A stretch of 64,000 nucleotides of DNA from Porphyridium purpureum (lineage: Eukaryota): NCBI GenBank assembly GCA_008690995.1, contig VRMN01000001.1, positions 2,294,001 to 2,358,000 on the forward strand, in the 5' to 3' direction. Positions 1 through 11,299 of this stretch are shown piece after piece. Below the pieces are notes generated by a model. It was not told the DNA's origin and did no database searches. It saw only the letters and a list, made by a program, of their open reading frames with translations. The position numbers and the translations under genes are program-made. Each line of letters opens with the position of its first letter. Position 1 is the stretch's first letter.

Positions 1-1
1 G

Positions 2-1435
2 GTATCGATCTTGAGCCGGTACGTGGAGGGTACAGATGCGACGGCCAGGAGTAACGAATCATCATCATCTGCATCTGATGTCATGGCCAATGCGATGGGG
101 GACCCGAGCGATCCATTTTTCCCCCTCATGCAGAAGACCGATTTTCAGATTGCGCTCAATCGGCGCTCATCCAGCGGAGCACCTGCGTGGATGACGCAGC
201 CCGGTGAAACTTTTACAGAGTTCAAGTTCTTTGTTCCGAGCCGTAAGAGTAGGCTGTCCGACGCCGATTTGATTGCAAAGCCGGTGAAAAGGGCAAAGTC
301 GTTGCATGACAGCTTGACCACCGAGCAGTGGGACAAGTTGAAGCGACTCGCGCTCCAGGACGTTCTCCAGCACAATCTCAAGATTCCGCTTACTTTGGTG
401 GAGCGCTTTTTCTCGGACAGCGAAGTCACTCTCGACCGTGTTCGGAATTATACATTTGAGGAACGCATGCACCCACCCCGGCTTTTGATCGGAATTGTGC
501 AAGGAAAAGATGTCGCTACATGCATGTCTTCGCTCGCAATATTGCTGGGCGCGGCGGAAATGAATGGCCGACTCGCCGTAATCACATGGGCACCAGAGGC
601 GGCGGCAATTGTCAAACCGTTGGTTGGGCTGCTCGACTTTGAGGCGGCCAAAAAGCGGCTGTCTGTTTTTGCGAGGAAAAAGACTTACATGGCGGTCATG
701 GAGGGTCTATCGTGCAAGAGCAGCCATGCGGGTGGGTTCGGCGAGTGCGTGGCAGACCCAGATTCAGAGTGGCATGACGACTTTGAGTACTTTGAGACCA
801 ACGGGGATATGTCCTCAATCTCGTTCGCGCAGGAAAAAAACGTGATCATCAAGCTTCCCGTCGAAATTAAGGAAATGCGCCGCATTGATCTCATTCCCAG
901 CGGCGAATTTCAGCAATACGCGGCACTCTGGCCACATGAGGATATCCACACCAAGCTTAAAACTGTGATGACACCGGGCCCTGGCTGCTTAGTCTTGAAC
1001 AAGATGGATGCAACGGATGGAGAAATTGCCTCGGCCCTAGACGCATTTGTCGCGTACCGTCGCAAAATCGCAATTCAGGACAGTGTCGAGGTCCCCTTCT
1101 ATCGCGTCTTTGCTTTTCGAAGGGAGCACTACGACAAGGCCGCTGCGAGTTTTAAGAATATTGCGACCGGAGAGGAAACGCTCAGCATCATCGAGCCTGG
1201 TGTTTTGGTCGACAACGATGTTTGGAATTCCGTTTACCATCAGTACTCTTGGCTGTTCGGGTTTCACTACTGCCGTGGCTACTCGTTCATGGGTCTCGAG
1301 CACGCGCTCGCGACCAATGTGCTCAAATACGTGTTGATGTGGAGAAAGCTGAATGCGCCAGAACTCGTAACTGACATGCTTCGAAACTTGGGCTCCTCTG
1401 GTCCGATCGTGAATTATGAGTTTAGAAATTGGTAA
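2..1435 (+). CDS. Hypothetical protein, 5'-truncated by the window edge; possibly a degenerate GT-B/O-fucosyltransferase-like luminal domain
   Basis: The frame is open from base 2 to TAA at 1433-1435 (>474 codons). The segment LLIGIVQG..CMSSLAILLGAAEMNGRLAVITW loosely resembles the first motif of O-FucT-like folds; this resemblance is weak. Confidence 0.55.
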   Translation, partial: VSILSRYVEGTDATARSNESSSSASDVMANAMGDPSDPFFPLMQKTDFQIALNRRSSSGAPAWMTQPGETFTEFKFFVPSRKSRLSDADLIAKPVKRAKSLHDSLTTEQWDKLKRLALQDVLQHNLKIPLTLVERFFSDSEVTLDRVRNYTFEERMHPPRLLIGIVQGKDVATCMSSLAILLGAAEMNGRLAVITWAPEAAAIVKPLVGLLDFEAAKKRLSVFARKKTYMAVMEGLSCKSSHAGGFGECVADPDSEWHDDFEYFETNGDMSSISFAQEKNVIIKLPVEIKEMRRIDLIPSGEFQQYAALWPHEDIHTKLKTVMTPGPGCLVLNKMDATDGEIASALDAFVAYRRKIAIQDSVEVPFYRVFAFRREHYDKAAASFKNIATGEETLSIIEPGVLVDNDVWNSVYHQYSWLFGFHYCRGYSFMGLEHALATNVLKYVLMWRKLNAPELVTDMLRNLGSSGPIVNYEFRNW

Positions 1436-1531
1436 AGATGCAAGCCATGAAACCAATTTGGTCTGTACATCCGAAAGTGAAAGGTCGAAGTCGACTGAAA
1501 CCATGGCCGGTAGTTGCTATTGTTAAAAAGA

Positions 1532-2662
1532 TCAGGAGAGGAAGGCCGTTTGAATCTCAAAGCTGATTTCGTCAAATTGAGGAAAGTATAGGAGATGGCC
1601 GGCGTGGGGCTGATACTTTTCAACGACATACGCTCCGCTCTGTTTCAGAGGTCGTGCGACGCAACATTGCACTGCTGGGAGTGTGGTATTTTCGTCATCG
1701 ACACCGTGGAAAATGACTACGGGACACCCGCGAAACGCCGGATTATTCAGTGAGAAGCCCCATTTCTTGTACAACCGAAACTCTTGTCACTGCAAGTGGC
1801 AAAAATTATTGCGCTGGGCAGGCCTTGCAAACGCCTCGCATACGCTCTCGATGAACAGTTGCGCGACGCCTGGATCCCGTAGCACTGTGCGGTCGACCTC
1901 GCAGTAGTATGATGCCGTTCCAAGCACGGAACCGGGCGGGTCTGCCAACGCACTGCGACTGAGAAGGTATAAAACAAGCCACGCAAGCAGTGGAACGTGA
2001 CGAAGCAAAAACGTTGCGATCTTGTTCGTAATGCCCATGCCGTCCGTAAATTTTGCGCACTGCAGCGGCGCAACGCACGACACGACGACGCATTTAATGC
2101 ACCGAAGTTGGCATGACGCAGCTACATCAGCCGGGTCCACGCGAAAAAGCCTTGCCGCGCAAGCCAACGCGTACGGGCCCCCAGCGCTGAAACCGAGTAC
2201 CGCGAACAACTTTACATTCAAGTGCTGCAGGAGATAAACCACGTCATCTATAAATGCGGCTATTGTTTCGCGTTCAGGATGCGGGGACGAGCGTCCAAAT
2301 CCGGGTCGCTCTACAACGATCACTCGCATGCCTGGAATAAACTCATTGAGCGCCCGTTCATTTCCGTTCTTCCGCAACCTCGCGTGCAGCGGGTGCGTGA
2401 AAAGCCGGCTTCCTGGCACACCTGGAAAGAATACGCAAACTGGGAGACCCTCCTTCCTGGCGTTCGCATCGCAATACTCGGCATATCCGATCGTGCGGGA
2501 ATCCGGTAGCCGCACCTCCTCCCCCAGCTCGCATGCGTGGTACAAATTCGGAAAGTATCGCGCAAATTCGCTGTCGCGAGGACGCTGTTCAGTCCTTACG
2601 TAGCTAAGGCTACTGCTCGTATCAGGAGCCGCGTCACTCGAGACATTGCTGCGCTGCGCCAT
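1532..2662 (-). CDS. Alpha/beta-fold hydrolase interrupted by one in-frame TGA at 1787-1789 (readthrough, pseudogene or sequencing error)
   Basis: Motifs FPGVPGSR, VERPGFGRS and nucleophile GFSAGGP lie in ORF 1787-2716. WGF, FHGVDD (catalytic acid) and AGHL (catalytic His) lie in same-frame ORF 1532-1774. Likely ATG at 2662. Confidence 0.8.
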
Positions 2663-2870
2663 CGACACGCGCTCAACGCATGACGCCCCCGTTCGTCCCC
2701 CGATCGCAAAAGACAATCATTCGAGGTGTCAGAGAAGTACAGTTGTGCGGCTTCGTTCCACGTCAGCTGTACCGCAGCTCGTCCCAGTGTAAGCTCCATC
2801 CTCGCTTTCAAAAGCAACGAGCGACCGCCTCGCCGTACACTTTTGAGTTCGACAGCACCAGCCGGACGGC

Positions 2871-2938
2871 CCGCGTCCTCCACTCCGCACTGTCCGCGTC
2901 CTCCACTCCGCACTGTCCGCGTCCTCCACTCCGCACTG
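2871..2938. repeat. Tandem repeat, 3 x 23 bp (ccgcgtcctccactccgcactgt)
   Basis: Units read directly at 2871, 2894 and 2917. Confidence 0.95.
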
Positions 2939-3795
2939 GCGTGCGGACTGACAGACAGCGATAGCACCATTGGCAAGCACTCATCCTCTACCTGGCGTCA
3001 CCTTCGCTGCGCCTCTTCAGATACCGGCCATCGAGGTTGTGCAAAAAGCCGTCGCACACCAAGCGTTTGCCAGTCGCACTGTGGCCGATCTGCTGGAGGG
3101 CGTGCGCCTCGTAAACGGTTTTCGCATGAACATGACAAAGTAAGAGCAAAAGACATTGATACTGGCATGTACAGGCTCCAAGCATTGCGCACAAGAGTGG
3201 CTCGGCATTTGCAACAAGATGACCCAGCTATGCGCGATTGCAAACGTTCATAAACAAAGTGGAGAGCAACTTTTGCTCAAGGTCAGGACCGCAGACGCAG
3301 CATAGCAAACATTCACCATCACTGAGATCATTCCGGGGTCCCTCATGGGTTCATTTGCTCTCAACCCGTATGGCGTGGAGATGCGGAAATCAGAAGCCTT
3401 CTAGCTGCTGATGCTCTCGATAGATAAACCCAACGCGATGTTCTCAACCGCCGCATTGTGCGGACCTGTTGGCCCAAGCCGCGAAGCCGTATGCTTTTAC
3501 GATGTCTGGCTGCCGTGCAAGGCTTCCAAGGTGGAATACTACGGCGTGAGCGAGGAACGGGCTGTCATTCACTTACTGGACATTGGCTTCTGCTACCTTT
3601 TGGTTGCAAAGTCGACTGAATTGACTGTTTCCGATTCATAAAGAGGAGCACTGGGCGGCTCGCAGCGCATTTGCTTTGGTCAGTGCTAGCTCAAAGCAAA
3701 GCAATAAAGACCAATGTGCCCTAGCCTTCTCATTTTACATTTTTGACTAGATGCACTCTGCACAATTCCTGTGCCAGCCTCCGCGCACTTGTTTC

Positions 3796-6700
3796 TCAGA
3801 TCACAATGTCAAGTTCGTGTCGCATAAACCGATCTGCACTCGCACCATCAATGCGTGCGCTGCTGTCATCGACAAGGCGCGGATACGCGACAAGCATGGA
3901 CGACGCAGTCAGACGGTGCAAGGACTGGTAAAGCTTCCAGTAAGTCTGACGCACCTTTCGCGCAGGGTGATACAAGCCTTGTAAAAGATACGTGAGGACA
4001 GTGCTTGGTCCGACAGCAAGGCTCAGCGCGTCAATGGCAAAACACACCGCATTGAGCACGTGCGGTGAAGTTTCAAAAATATTTGGCCATAGGTGATTGA
4101 GTAAGTGCAGAAGTGCGTCTTCGACGCCCGTACCGCGTACACCAAGAGCCAAGTGCGCGACGGCGGAGCACGCGGTTTGGCGATGCACAGCATCACGGTC
4201 CACGAGCGCATCTTGCAACAGTGGCGTGACAGCGTACACGTAATCCTTGGCAACAGGCCCAATGTACTCGAACAGAAATGAAAAGGATTTGAGTACACCT
4301 GTCTGCGCATGCAGTTCCGGGGTTCGATACTCATGCATCAAGTAGGGCACAACTGCATACGGCTCGCATTGATCAGCCACAATGGCAATCGCAACGGTTG
4401 TACAGACGCGCTGCTGGCGCTCCTGCACTTTCAAATTGTTCAGTAGGACACCTAAAACCTGTGATGCGCCCACGGCTTTGGCAACAACGCCAAAAACACG
4501 CACCGCAATTCGACGAATGCTCATTCGCGGAGCCTTAAGCAAGTCGAGCATCTCAAAGCAAATGCGTATCCATTCGCGCGCCACAATGACGTCACCAGAT
4601 CGCTCTGCAATGATGCCGATAAGTCCGATGCAGTTCTCCTGCACTTTTTCGTGCCGATTCTTGAGAATCGGAGTCAGGCGCGGCAGTAGCTCCCCCATAG
4701 AAAAAGATGCAGAAGATTTCGAGTCGATGGCATCTGAACCCGAGTCTGCCCGATCGAAGACACCAGCAATACTTCGCAGCGCGCCCAGAATGCTGCCCAG
4801 CACCTCGGGGTATTCTTCGCCGAGATATTCACAAAAGACGGTGCCCATGTGAATCAGGACATCATTCATGCTGCATGCGTGAAGATGAACAGCAAGCTTA
4901 CCGCCAAAGTCTGCAGCTTGCTCGCGGATCAGTGCGCTGCTGTTATTTAGCCGCCATTTAATCATTCCGACACAGGTCACCAAGTAGGGCGCAGCTCGCG
5001 CACCGAGTGCCGAAAGGACAACATCAAGTGCGTGCACGTAGGTATTGTCTTTCACTGCCTCCAGTCCATGCTGCTGCTCCTGAAACGCAAACAGCAACCC
5101 ATCCACGACGCGGTCTTTCAGCCGGTCGTCGTCATCGTCGTCGCCGCCGATGAATGAGATCAATTGGAGCTCATGTACCACACGCGCCACCGTGCGCGCT
5201 ACAAGGCGACGAAAAGGCTCGGACTCGTCCTTCAAATCGTCGACGAGACGACGAAGCATTTCTACGCCGCCCACCCGTCGTGCGAGTTCAAGTGTGGTCT
5301 CTTGTAGTGCCCTTTCCATACGACCAAGACCACGCACCTGCTGGTGCTGGCTCTGCAGATCAGCTCTGAATGACAGCGCGGTCTTGCGCACCCAAAAGCA
5401 ACGGAAGAATTCGGGTACGACATGCTGGACTAAATACTCAGCATCGACGCCCTCCGAGGTGCAGGCCTGCTGTAGCACTTGAAGCACAGTGAGCCTCATC
5501 TCTTCGTCATGCGCGGCGAGCTCGCGAACTACAACGGGCATCATTTCGCGAGTGTAGTACGATGCGTGCTCGGGATGCATTAGCTTTGATATACTGCCCA
5601 CCGCTCGCAGAAACGCACAGAGCATTCTGCCGCGCAGCTGACGTACTCCTAGCCAAACAGGCTTCAGCACACGCTCAAAAGCTTCGATTCCAAAAGGTGC
5701 GACTGCATCAGCCAAAGATGAGAGGGCCATCGCGCTCATGACGCGCACAGCCATTTGCTCATCCTCAATTGTATTGCTCACAAGCTCAACAAGTGTATGC
5801 AGATGCGGCAAGAGAACAACAGATCCGTTCAGTTGCGCGAGCTGCTGCACCGCTTTCACCCCCGTATGCCGCGCATGCCATGATTTTTTGCTTCGACACA
5901 CTGCTCTTAAGAATGGAAGCAGCAGAGGGATGCCTAGCGCTTGTCCAATCACAGCAAGTGTGCGCGCAGTCGTGTTCCGCACGTATTCATCCGAGTGATC
6001 GAGATCCGGGCGCATTGCCGAGATCATCGAGGGAAGGCCAGCAGTACGTGCCAGATTTGATACCAGCTGGCGGCCTTGCCCACGTACGTACTCGTTCTCG
6101 TCAATCAAGAGTGGCTCGGACACTACCAGTATCTTATGCACGTACGGCCTTACAAGTAGGCCAAGTCGCAAGATGATCCGATCCAACGTTTTCATTAAGA
6201 CATGCCGCTCACCGTCTTCAAGCATGCGCTCTAGGAATAAGGGCAACAATGCATTGAACACCAATTCTGGGCCGTATACATTGCTCACACGCTCCGACAG
6301 TTTTCTCATGCATGCTTTGCGAACTGGGCCAGAACCCGAGTTTTTGATTTTCAGCAGCAAACTGAGAACCTCGCGCTCTTTCACATCTCCATCCGAAAGC
6401 GGGGGTTCGAACCCATCGGTGGATACCGGCGAAAAAAGCTTACTAAATAATTGGTGATCTTCGGGCTTCAGAGGAATACCGTCCAATCCCATCCCGGCTC
6501 GCAGCTGCCGCGCAACATTGGCCTCTGGTCTATCAATCGCTGCTCCAGGGATCGAGTAAAAATTTTCATCGCCGGAACCGCCTTCCAGGTCATTGTAGCG
6601 CTTTCTGTCCGTCTCACAGACGCGAGTAATGGCCTTCTTCTCGGACAAATCTCGCCTCGGCATCAGTTTTGAGACATATTGTTCAGGTGGAAGAAGAATA

Positions 6701-7887
6701 ACAAAGCCTTCGCTTGGCAAGAGCGCATTTAACTCATCCTCAGTCCATGCTGTATCATCAGGCTCGCCAGCTATTTCAGTTTCAAGTGGGGCCGACCCAG
6801 CATCATCCTGCTTCGATGTGGAAGCCTGAGGCGGGGGTCCACTGACTTGAGCCGTCTGGCTGCTTTCCCAGCGCGACTTTCTCGCCCTTTTTTCACCAGT
6901 CCCGGAGCCTGTCGACAGCTTGCTCCCGGTTACGAGTGATCCTTCCAACTCGACCGCGACGACCGAGGATGGCGGTGCTTCGGCCGTATCGGTTTCTGCA
7001 GTTGTCCACCGCGATCTTTTCCGAGGAATGCCATACTGCGATTCCTGCCGAGATACTGATTCTGTCCCGAAATCTTTGTCTACCCTCGAACGGCACGCAC
7101 CACTTCCAGCCACGGAAAGAAGGTTTGATGCAGTGTCTTTCAATGACAGCTCCACGGATGGCACATCTACCACAGCAGCGGTCACAGCATGCTCACCCTG
7201 CTTACCTGCCGCGCGGAGCGCAGCATCATCCAGTGTTCTCAAATCCCTCAAATGCTTTTTCGGGCTGGCACCATCGCCTCCTCTCGTTTCACTGCGTCTG
7301 TCGACGTAGCTTACCCCCGTCCGTACATCCGCTGCGCTCGCGCGCGGCGGCGAAAGAGAGCGCCGGAATCTACCAAGATGATAATCACTCTGCCTAGCTG
7401 CGATGCTTCGTCTCACGCTTCCCGTCGCGGCGTACACGTCCCCGGCAGATGTATCGAGTGCTGTTTCAACTGCCGCGTCGTGCTGCAGCAACGTTGTGTG
7501 GTCAATCTCAATAAGGGGTACCAGGCCTGCCGAATGCCGATGTGTCGCACAAGGAGCCTCCTTCATATACGGAAGCAGGTCGAGCTGCTGAGGCGTCGTC
7601 TCGCGCTTTCCAAGCATTTCGTCGTCTGTCTCGTCGTCCTGGCCGTCATCTTCGAGCTCAACCACATGATTTTCGTACTGGCCGTTGCGCAAGCGCTGAG
7701 CTCCTCCTTGAGCACCAGACGCCGTCGCGTCATCCTCATCATACACGGCCAACTCGACGTCAGAATCGGCGTCAAATCGCTCCTCCTCTTTGTTCTTCGC
7801 CGATGCACTTGCTTTCCTTGCCGACGCGCGCTTCGCTCCGCTGCCCTGCGACCGAGTCCGCGCTTCCACTCCTTTTGCAGCCCACAT
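3796..7887 (-). CDS. SF3B1: Splicing factor 3B subunit 1 (U2 snRNP)
   Basis: HEAT-region motifs DEYVRNTTAR, SWHARHTGVK, EYLGEEYPEVLGSILGAL, PILKNRHEKVQENCI and WPNIFETSPHV. N-terminal RW ULM motifs (RKRSRW, RKSRW) and a p14-binding-like segment. First in-frame ATG at 7887. Confidence 0.98.
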   Translation of the reverse strand: MWAAKGVEARTRSQGSGAKRASARKASASAKNKEEERFDADSDVELAVYDEDDATASGAQGGAQRLRNGQYENHVVELEDDGQDDETDDEMLGKRETTPQQLDLLPYMKEAPCATHRHSAGLVPLIEIDHTTLLQHDAAVETALDTSAGDVYAATGSVRRSIAARQSDYHLGRFRRSLSPPRASAADVRTGVSYVDRRSETRGGDGASPKKHLRDLRTLDDAALRAAGKQGEHAVTAAVVDVPSVELSLKDTASNLLSVAGSGACRSRVDKDFGTESVSRQESQYGIPRKRSRWTTAETDTAEAPPSSVVAVELEGSLVTGSKLSTGSGTGEKRARKSRWESSQTAQVSGPPPQASTSKQDDAGSAPLETEIAGEPDDTAWTEDELNALLPSEGFVILLPPEQYVSKLMPRRDLSEKKAITRVCETDRKRYNDLEGGSGDENFYSIPGAAIDRPEANVARQLRAGMGLDGIPLKPEDHQLFSKLFSPVSTDGFEPPLSDGDVKEREVLSLLLKIKNSGSGPVRKACMRKLSERVSNVYGPELVFNALLPLFLERMLEDGERHVLMKTLDRIILRLGLLVRPYVHKILVVSEPLLIDENEYVRGQGRQLVSNLARTAGLPSMISAMRPDLDHSDEYVRNTTARTLAVIGQALGIPLLLPFLRAVCRSKKSWHARHTGVKAVQQLAQLNGSVVLLPHLHTLVELVSNTIEDEQMAVRVMSAMALSSLADAVAPFGIEAFERVLKPVWLGVRQLRGRMLCAFLRAVGSISKLMHPEHASYYTREMMPVVVRELAAHDEEMRLTVLQVLQQACTSEGVDAEYLVQHVVPEFFRCFWVRKTALSFRADLQSQHQQVRGLGRMERALQETTLELARRVGGVEMLRRLVDDLKDESEPFRRLVARTVARVVHELQLISFIGGDDDDDDRLKDRVVDGLLFAFQEQQHGLEAVKDNTYVHALDVVLSALGARAAPYLVTCVGMIKWRLNNSSALIREQAADFGGKLAVHLHACSMNDVLIHMGTVFCEYLGEEYPEVLGSILGALRSIAGVFDRADSGSDAIDSKSSASFSMGELLPRLTPILKNRHEKVQENCIGLIGIIAERSGDVIVAREWIRICFEMLDLLKAPRMSIRRIAVRVFGVVAKAVGASQVLGVLLNNLKVQERQQRVCTTVAIAIVADQCEPYAVVPYLMHEYRTPELHAQTGVLKSFSFLFEYIGPVAKDYVYAVTPLLQDALVDRDAVHRQTACSAVAHLALGVRGTGVEDALLHLLNHLWPNIFETSPHVLNAVCFAIDALSLAVGPSTVLTYLLQGLYHPARKVRQTYWKLYQSLHRLTASSMLVAYPRLVDDSSARIDGASADRFMRHELDIVI

Positions 7888-10300
7888 GGCGCCACCATTC
7901 CCCAGGCCAGCGACAGCTCGACCGCAATGCCTGGTCTTTCTGCCCAACCCGCTTGTGCGGCCTGCTGACCGCGCTATCGTGTGTGCCGCCGGAAAACCAG
8001 CGCGGCAAGGGACAAGCCTGTTCTTAGGAGAGGATCTCTGCGTTCAACAAATGGAGAGACGCTATCGCACGGTCATATCGGCAAGATCCACGGTTTCGGG
8101 CTTGGGTTTGGGCTCGGCTTGAGCTCGGGTATGGGTGGTCCGCTGTTTAACCTTGGGTTCGACGATGAAATGCTGGTCGTTTTCGACCGCCGTCGTGGAC
8201 GCGGTCTGTCCCGGACGATGCAGATATCCGAAGTGGATTCAACGGCTGGATAGCTCAAGCAGAGCCGATGTGCTTTCCAGTGGTATTCATGCCAAACAGG
8301 CTTCGAAGAAATCCTTCGAGGGCAGGGCGGAGCTGGACCGTGCGTCACAGAAATGCCTCGCACGTGAATTTTCCCAACATCTATCGATTCCATTCAACGC
8401 ACCAGCTTTGAGAACGCCGTGATGGTACTCCGTGTGATACCAGACCCGTTGTGAATTTCATTCTTTGGAATCGATTTCCGCGTCTGAAATGAGGTATGAG
8501 CACTCTGTCGTTTCCGTGGAGTCTCTCGCCGACTGCTCGGCACTCTTCAATCTCTCCTGAAAGCAGGCGTTCTTGAAGGAGTAAGCATTTGATGCCGCAC
8601 ATGAGTAACCAAACATGCCGTTCAAAGTTTCGGTGGTCATTGAGCAGCGTAGCTCGCGGCCATAAGGCTCTATTACCGAGTAGTGCGCATATAGTCGGGT
8701 TGCATCTGTTCGTGGAAACCGCGCCCAGCTTTCAGAGCAGGGGTTCGATGCCAAGATCTGCAGGAGCATATGAACAATCGCTGCACATAATTGTGATAAA
8801 TGACGTCAGAATGCACGTCCGATTTTTCTGCAGGCGACGGTCAACCTGTCTTCTGCGTGGCAGCGAAGAGATGCAACCGTCGAAAGCGTCCAGGCTCCGT
8901 TTGTTGATCTTGAATGTAGAACTCTGAGCGACTGTCTCTTCGGCTTCGGCTATTGTTAAACGTTCAGCACCATGCGAGTTGCGCGCGCGAAGACTCGGTA
9001 TCTCTGCTTTCCAGTATGAGTTGGAATTTTTCGAATCGTGCGGCAACTCTTGCGAGAAACGCACCAGGACGTTCTTTCGAGTGGAATATGTCGTGCATAA
9101 CTGGCAAAAGCTGGAAGTCTTTTCGACCGCGAAGCACATTTGCTCGATTTAGCAACGTGCAAAAATGTGACGATGTCCGGCGTCTTGCGCGAAGCACATT
9201 TCTCTTTCCAACGCAGCGAGCCAGACACTCAATCCATTGCGCAGCCAAGAACGGCACTTATTGCTATACCAGTGCAACAAGCCACATCATCGAGCCGAGG
9301 CCAGTGTGATCTTCCATGCGACAACACAAAGCGCAATCAACATGGAGCTTGCATTGATTCGAGATATCCTGGCATGGGAACGATTCGTGTACGAGCGGAT
9401 GCACGACTGGCCGCAAAGCACCGGCACGGGAAAGATACGTCGAAGCGTGGGGTGAGCTGCACATGGAAGTTCACTCAATATCTCAGGGTCGTTCTGCTGC
9501 GGTGGGCAAGTTCAACGGGAGCGAGTGCTGACGACGCCACGCGCTGCCCTTGGAGTTGGCAGTTCCAGGTCTGCAAAAACTTTATACCTGTCTCTGTGGA
9601 TCATCGGGATAGCAACTGCGGACATGCTAATAGGGCCGTTGTGAGTCGCACACGCGAAACCTATGTGAAAGCAAGCATGCCAAGGAATTCGACCAAGAGA
9701 CGAGGCTTGTTCGAGGGGAAATTCAAGGACTATCATTGACAGAGGAGATAATAGTCACTGACAGCCGAAGAATTGAGTCGTTCTGGTGCGATTACCGCAG
9801 CCTGAATGTGAATACCGACTGAAATTCGACCATTCCCTTGCTGGGAGAAAATGCGAGCGCGCGCGTGGTTAGCCCGGAAACTCCACTTCGGACTAGTCGA
9901 GCATCGATACCCCTCGTCCCCTATTTCCGCCGAGTTTCGCTGTGGGCATTAGTGAAGGCTAGGCTCCCCTTCTGCTGCTGGGCGAGCACGTCAGCTCAAC
10001 ATTATGCACATTTGATGATTCCCAAACCATTGAACGAAAGGAAGTGAGGCAAAATTAGGCAGTACCGTGTTCACAGCAGATGGTCCTCTATTGATGGTGC
10101 GGATCAAAAAGAAGATGAGAGATCGCGACACCCTCGCTTTCGGCTTCCGGATAGTCATGATATTGCGAATCTCAGCATACAAACATGGGCCTAACTGCGT
10201 CCGCGACGTCCCGGGAGGAACTAAAGGCCGATCGTACTAGAGAAATCAAACACAGATTTTATCACGACTTCCTGCACCATTCTGGGGCGTCACGGAAACT

Positions 10301-11011
10301 TTAGCGACGGAGAGCTGCCATCATCTGCTCGACTTCGGCGTCCACCTGGGCGCCGGATTTTGAACTTTGCGCCCGTGGATCCTGCGGCCTGGCATAAACG
10401 CCTGGCCCTGTGTTCATGCGCTGGCCAGCTGAAAGAGCGGTTTCGTCCAGTACCTGGGCGAGAATGTCCTCGGTCTCAGCGTCCAACTCCTCACCACCCA
10501 TGGCGTCGTTCATTACGTCATTCATCATTTCCTGCTGCATCTTCATCTTCTCGGTCTCCTTGTCGTACTGCATAATATTCTTCATGGCACCCTGCGTGTC
10601 GACGGCGCCATTTACCTCCGCCATCGCCTTATTGGCGCTGCCGAGCACGCCGGCCATAGTCTGCTGCGTGGCTGCATTGCTCATGTTGTGCTTCATACCG
10701 CCCAGCTGGTATTGCTGCGCCTTCATTTGCTTTTGTTGATTGCGGTTCTGCACCAAGGATCGGGCCAAAATGCGGGCGTGGTCATTCTGCCCCTTCGCCG
10801 CAAGCTCTTTGATTTCGCGTTCCATTTTCTTCTCCTCGCGTTGCAGCGCTAGCATCTCCCGGTCCAGGTCGCGCACGGCCTTTTCCACGTTGCGGTGCTC
10901 CGTCCGCACCACATCTTTTGTCGTGCGCGCAACTGGCTGCGCCGAGGGCGCGGCCGAAACGGGCGGCGGCGCCTGCGGTGCCGCCTTGTTCCTCGAGTAC
11001 CCGAACGGCAT
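10301..11011 (-). CDS. VPS2: ESCRT-III Snf7-family subunit, VPS2/CHMP2-like
   Basis: RDLDRE..LQREEKK..EIK..A.KGQ..ARILARSLV; KETEKM...EMMND; QVLDE; C-terminal MIM1-like EQMMAALRR. Confidence 0.9.
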   Translation of the reverse strand: MPFGYSRNKAAPQAPPPVSAAPSAQPVARTTKDVVRTEHRNVEKAVRDLDREMLALQREEKKMEREIKELAAKGQNDHARILARSLVQNRNQQKQMKAQQYQLGGMKHNMSNAATQQTMAGVLGSANKAMAEVNGAVDTQGAMKNIMQYDKETEKMKMQQEMMNDVMNDAMGGEELDAETEDILAQVLDETALSAGQRMNTGPGVYARPQDPRAQSSKSGAQVDAEVEQMMAALRR

Positions 11012-11299
11012 TGTCACACGAGCACACGTTCCTCACGTCCAAGCCACGCCACAATCGTTCCGTGTCCCGTTCGCTACGCACCTGCTTCCTCGCCTTCCCT
11101 GCGACTACACGAGGAGACCCTTATACCTTCAACGGCTCCGAAACAGACTCTTCGCTTCTATGTGTCATCGGTGCGTCTCCTCATATTGCCGTGACGCTCG
11201 CTGGCGCTCTCAATTTTTTTTGACCCACGTACGTATGCAATGCGTCAGCGATTTTTTTTTCGTAACAAAAAAGCTGTGAAAAACGATGTCTATGGGAAA

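Noticed and set aside
2871..2938. Short repeats as a CRISPR array (also 44717-44820 and 59621-59718)
   Set aside because: The units abut directly with no unique spacers, there are no cas genes, and the context is eukaryotic.
7948..10200. Short minus-strand ORFs, including a PSPNPSPKP tract, as a gene
   Set aside because: The pieces lie in different frames with no recognisable domain; possibly a relic, but this cannot be supported.
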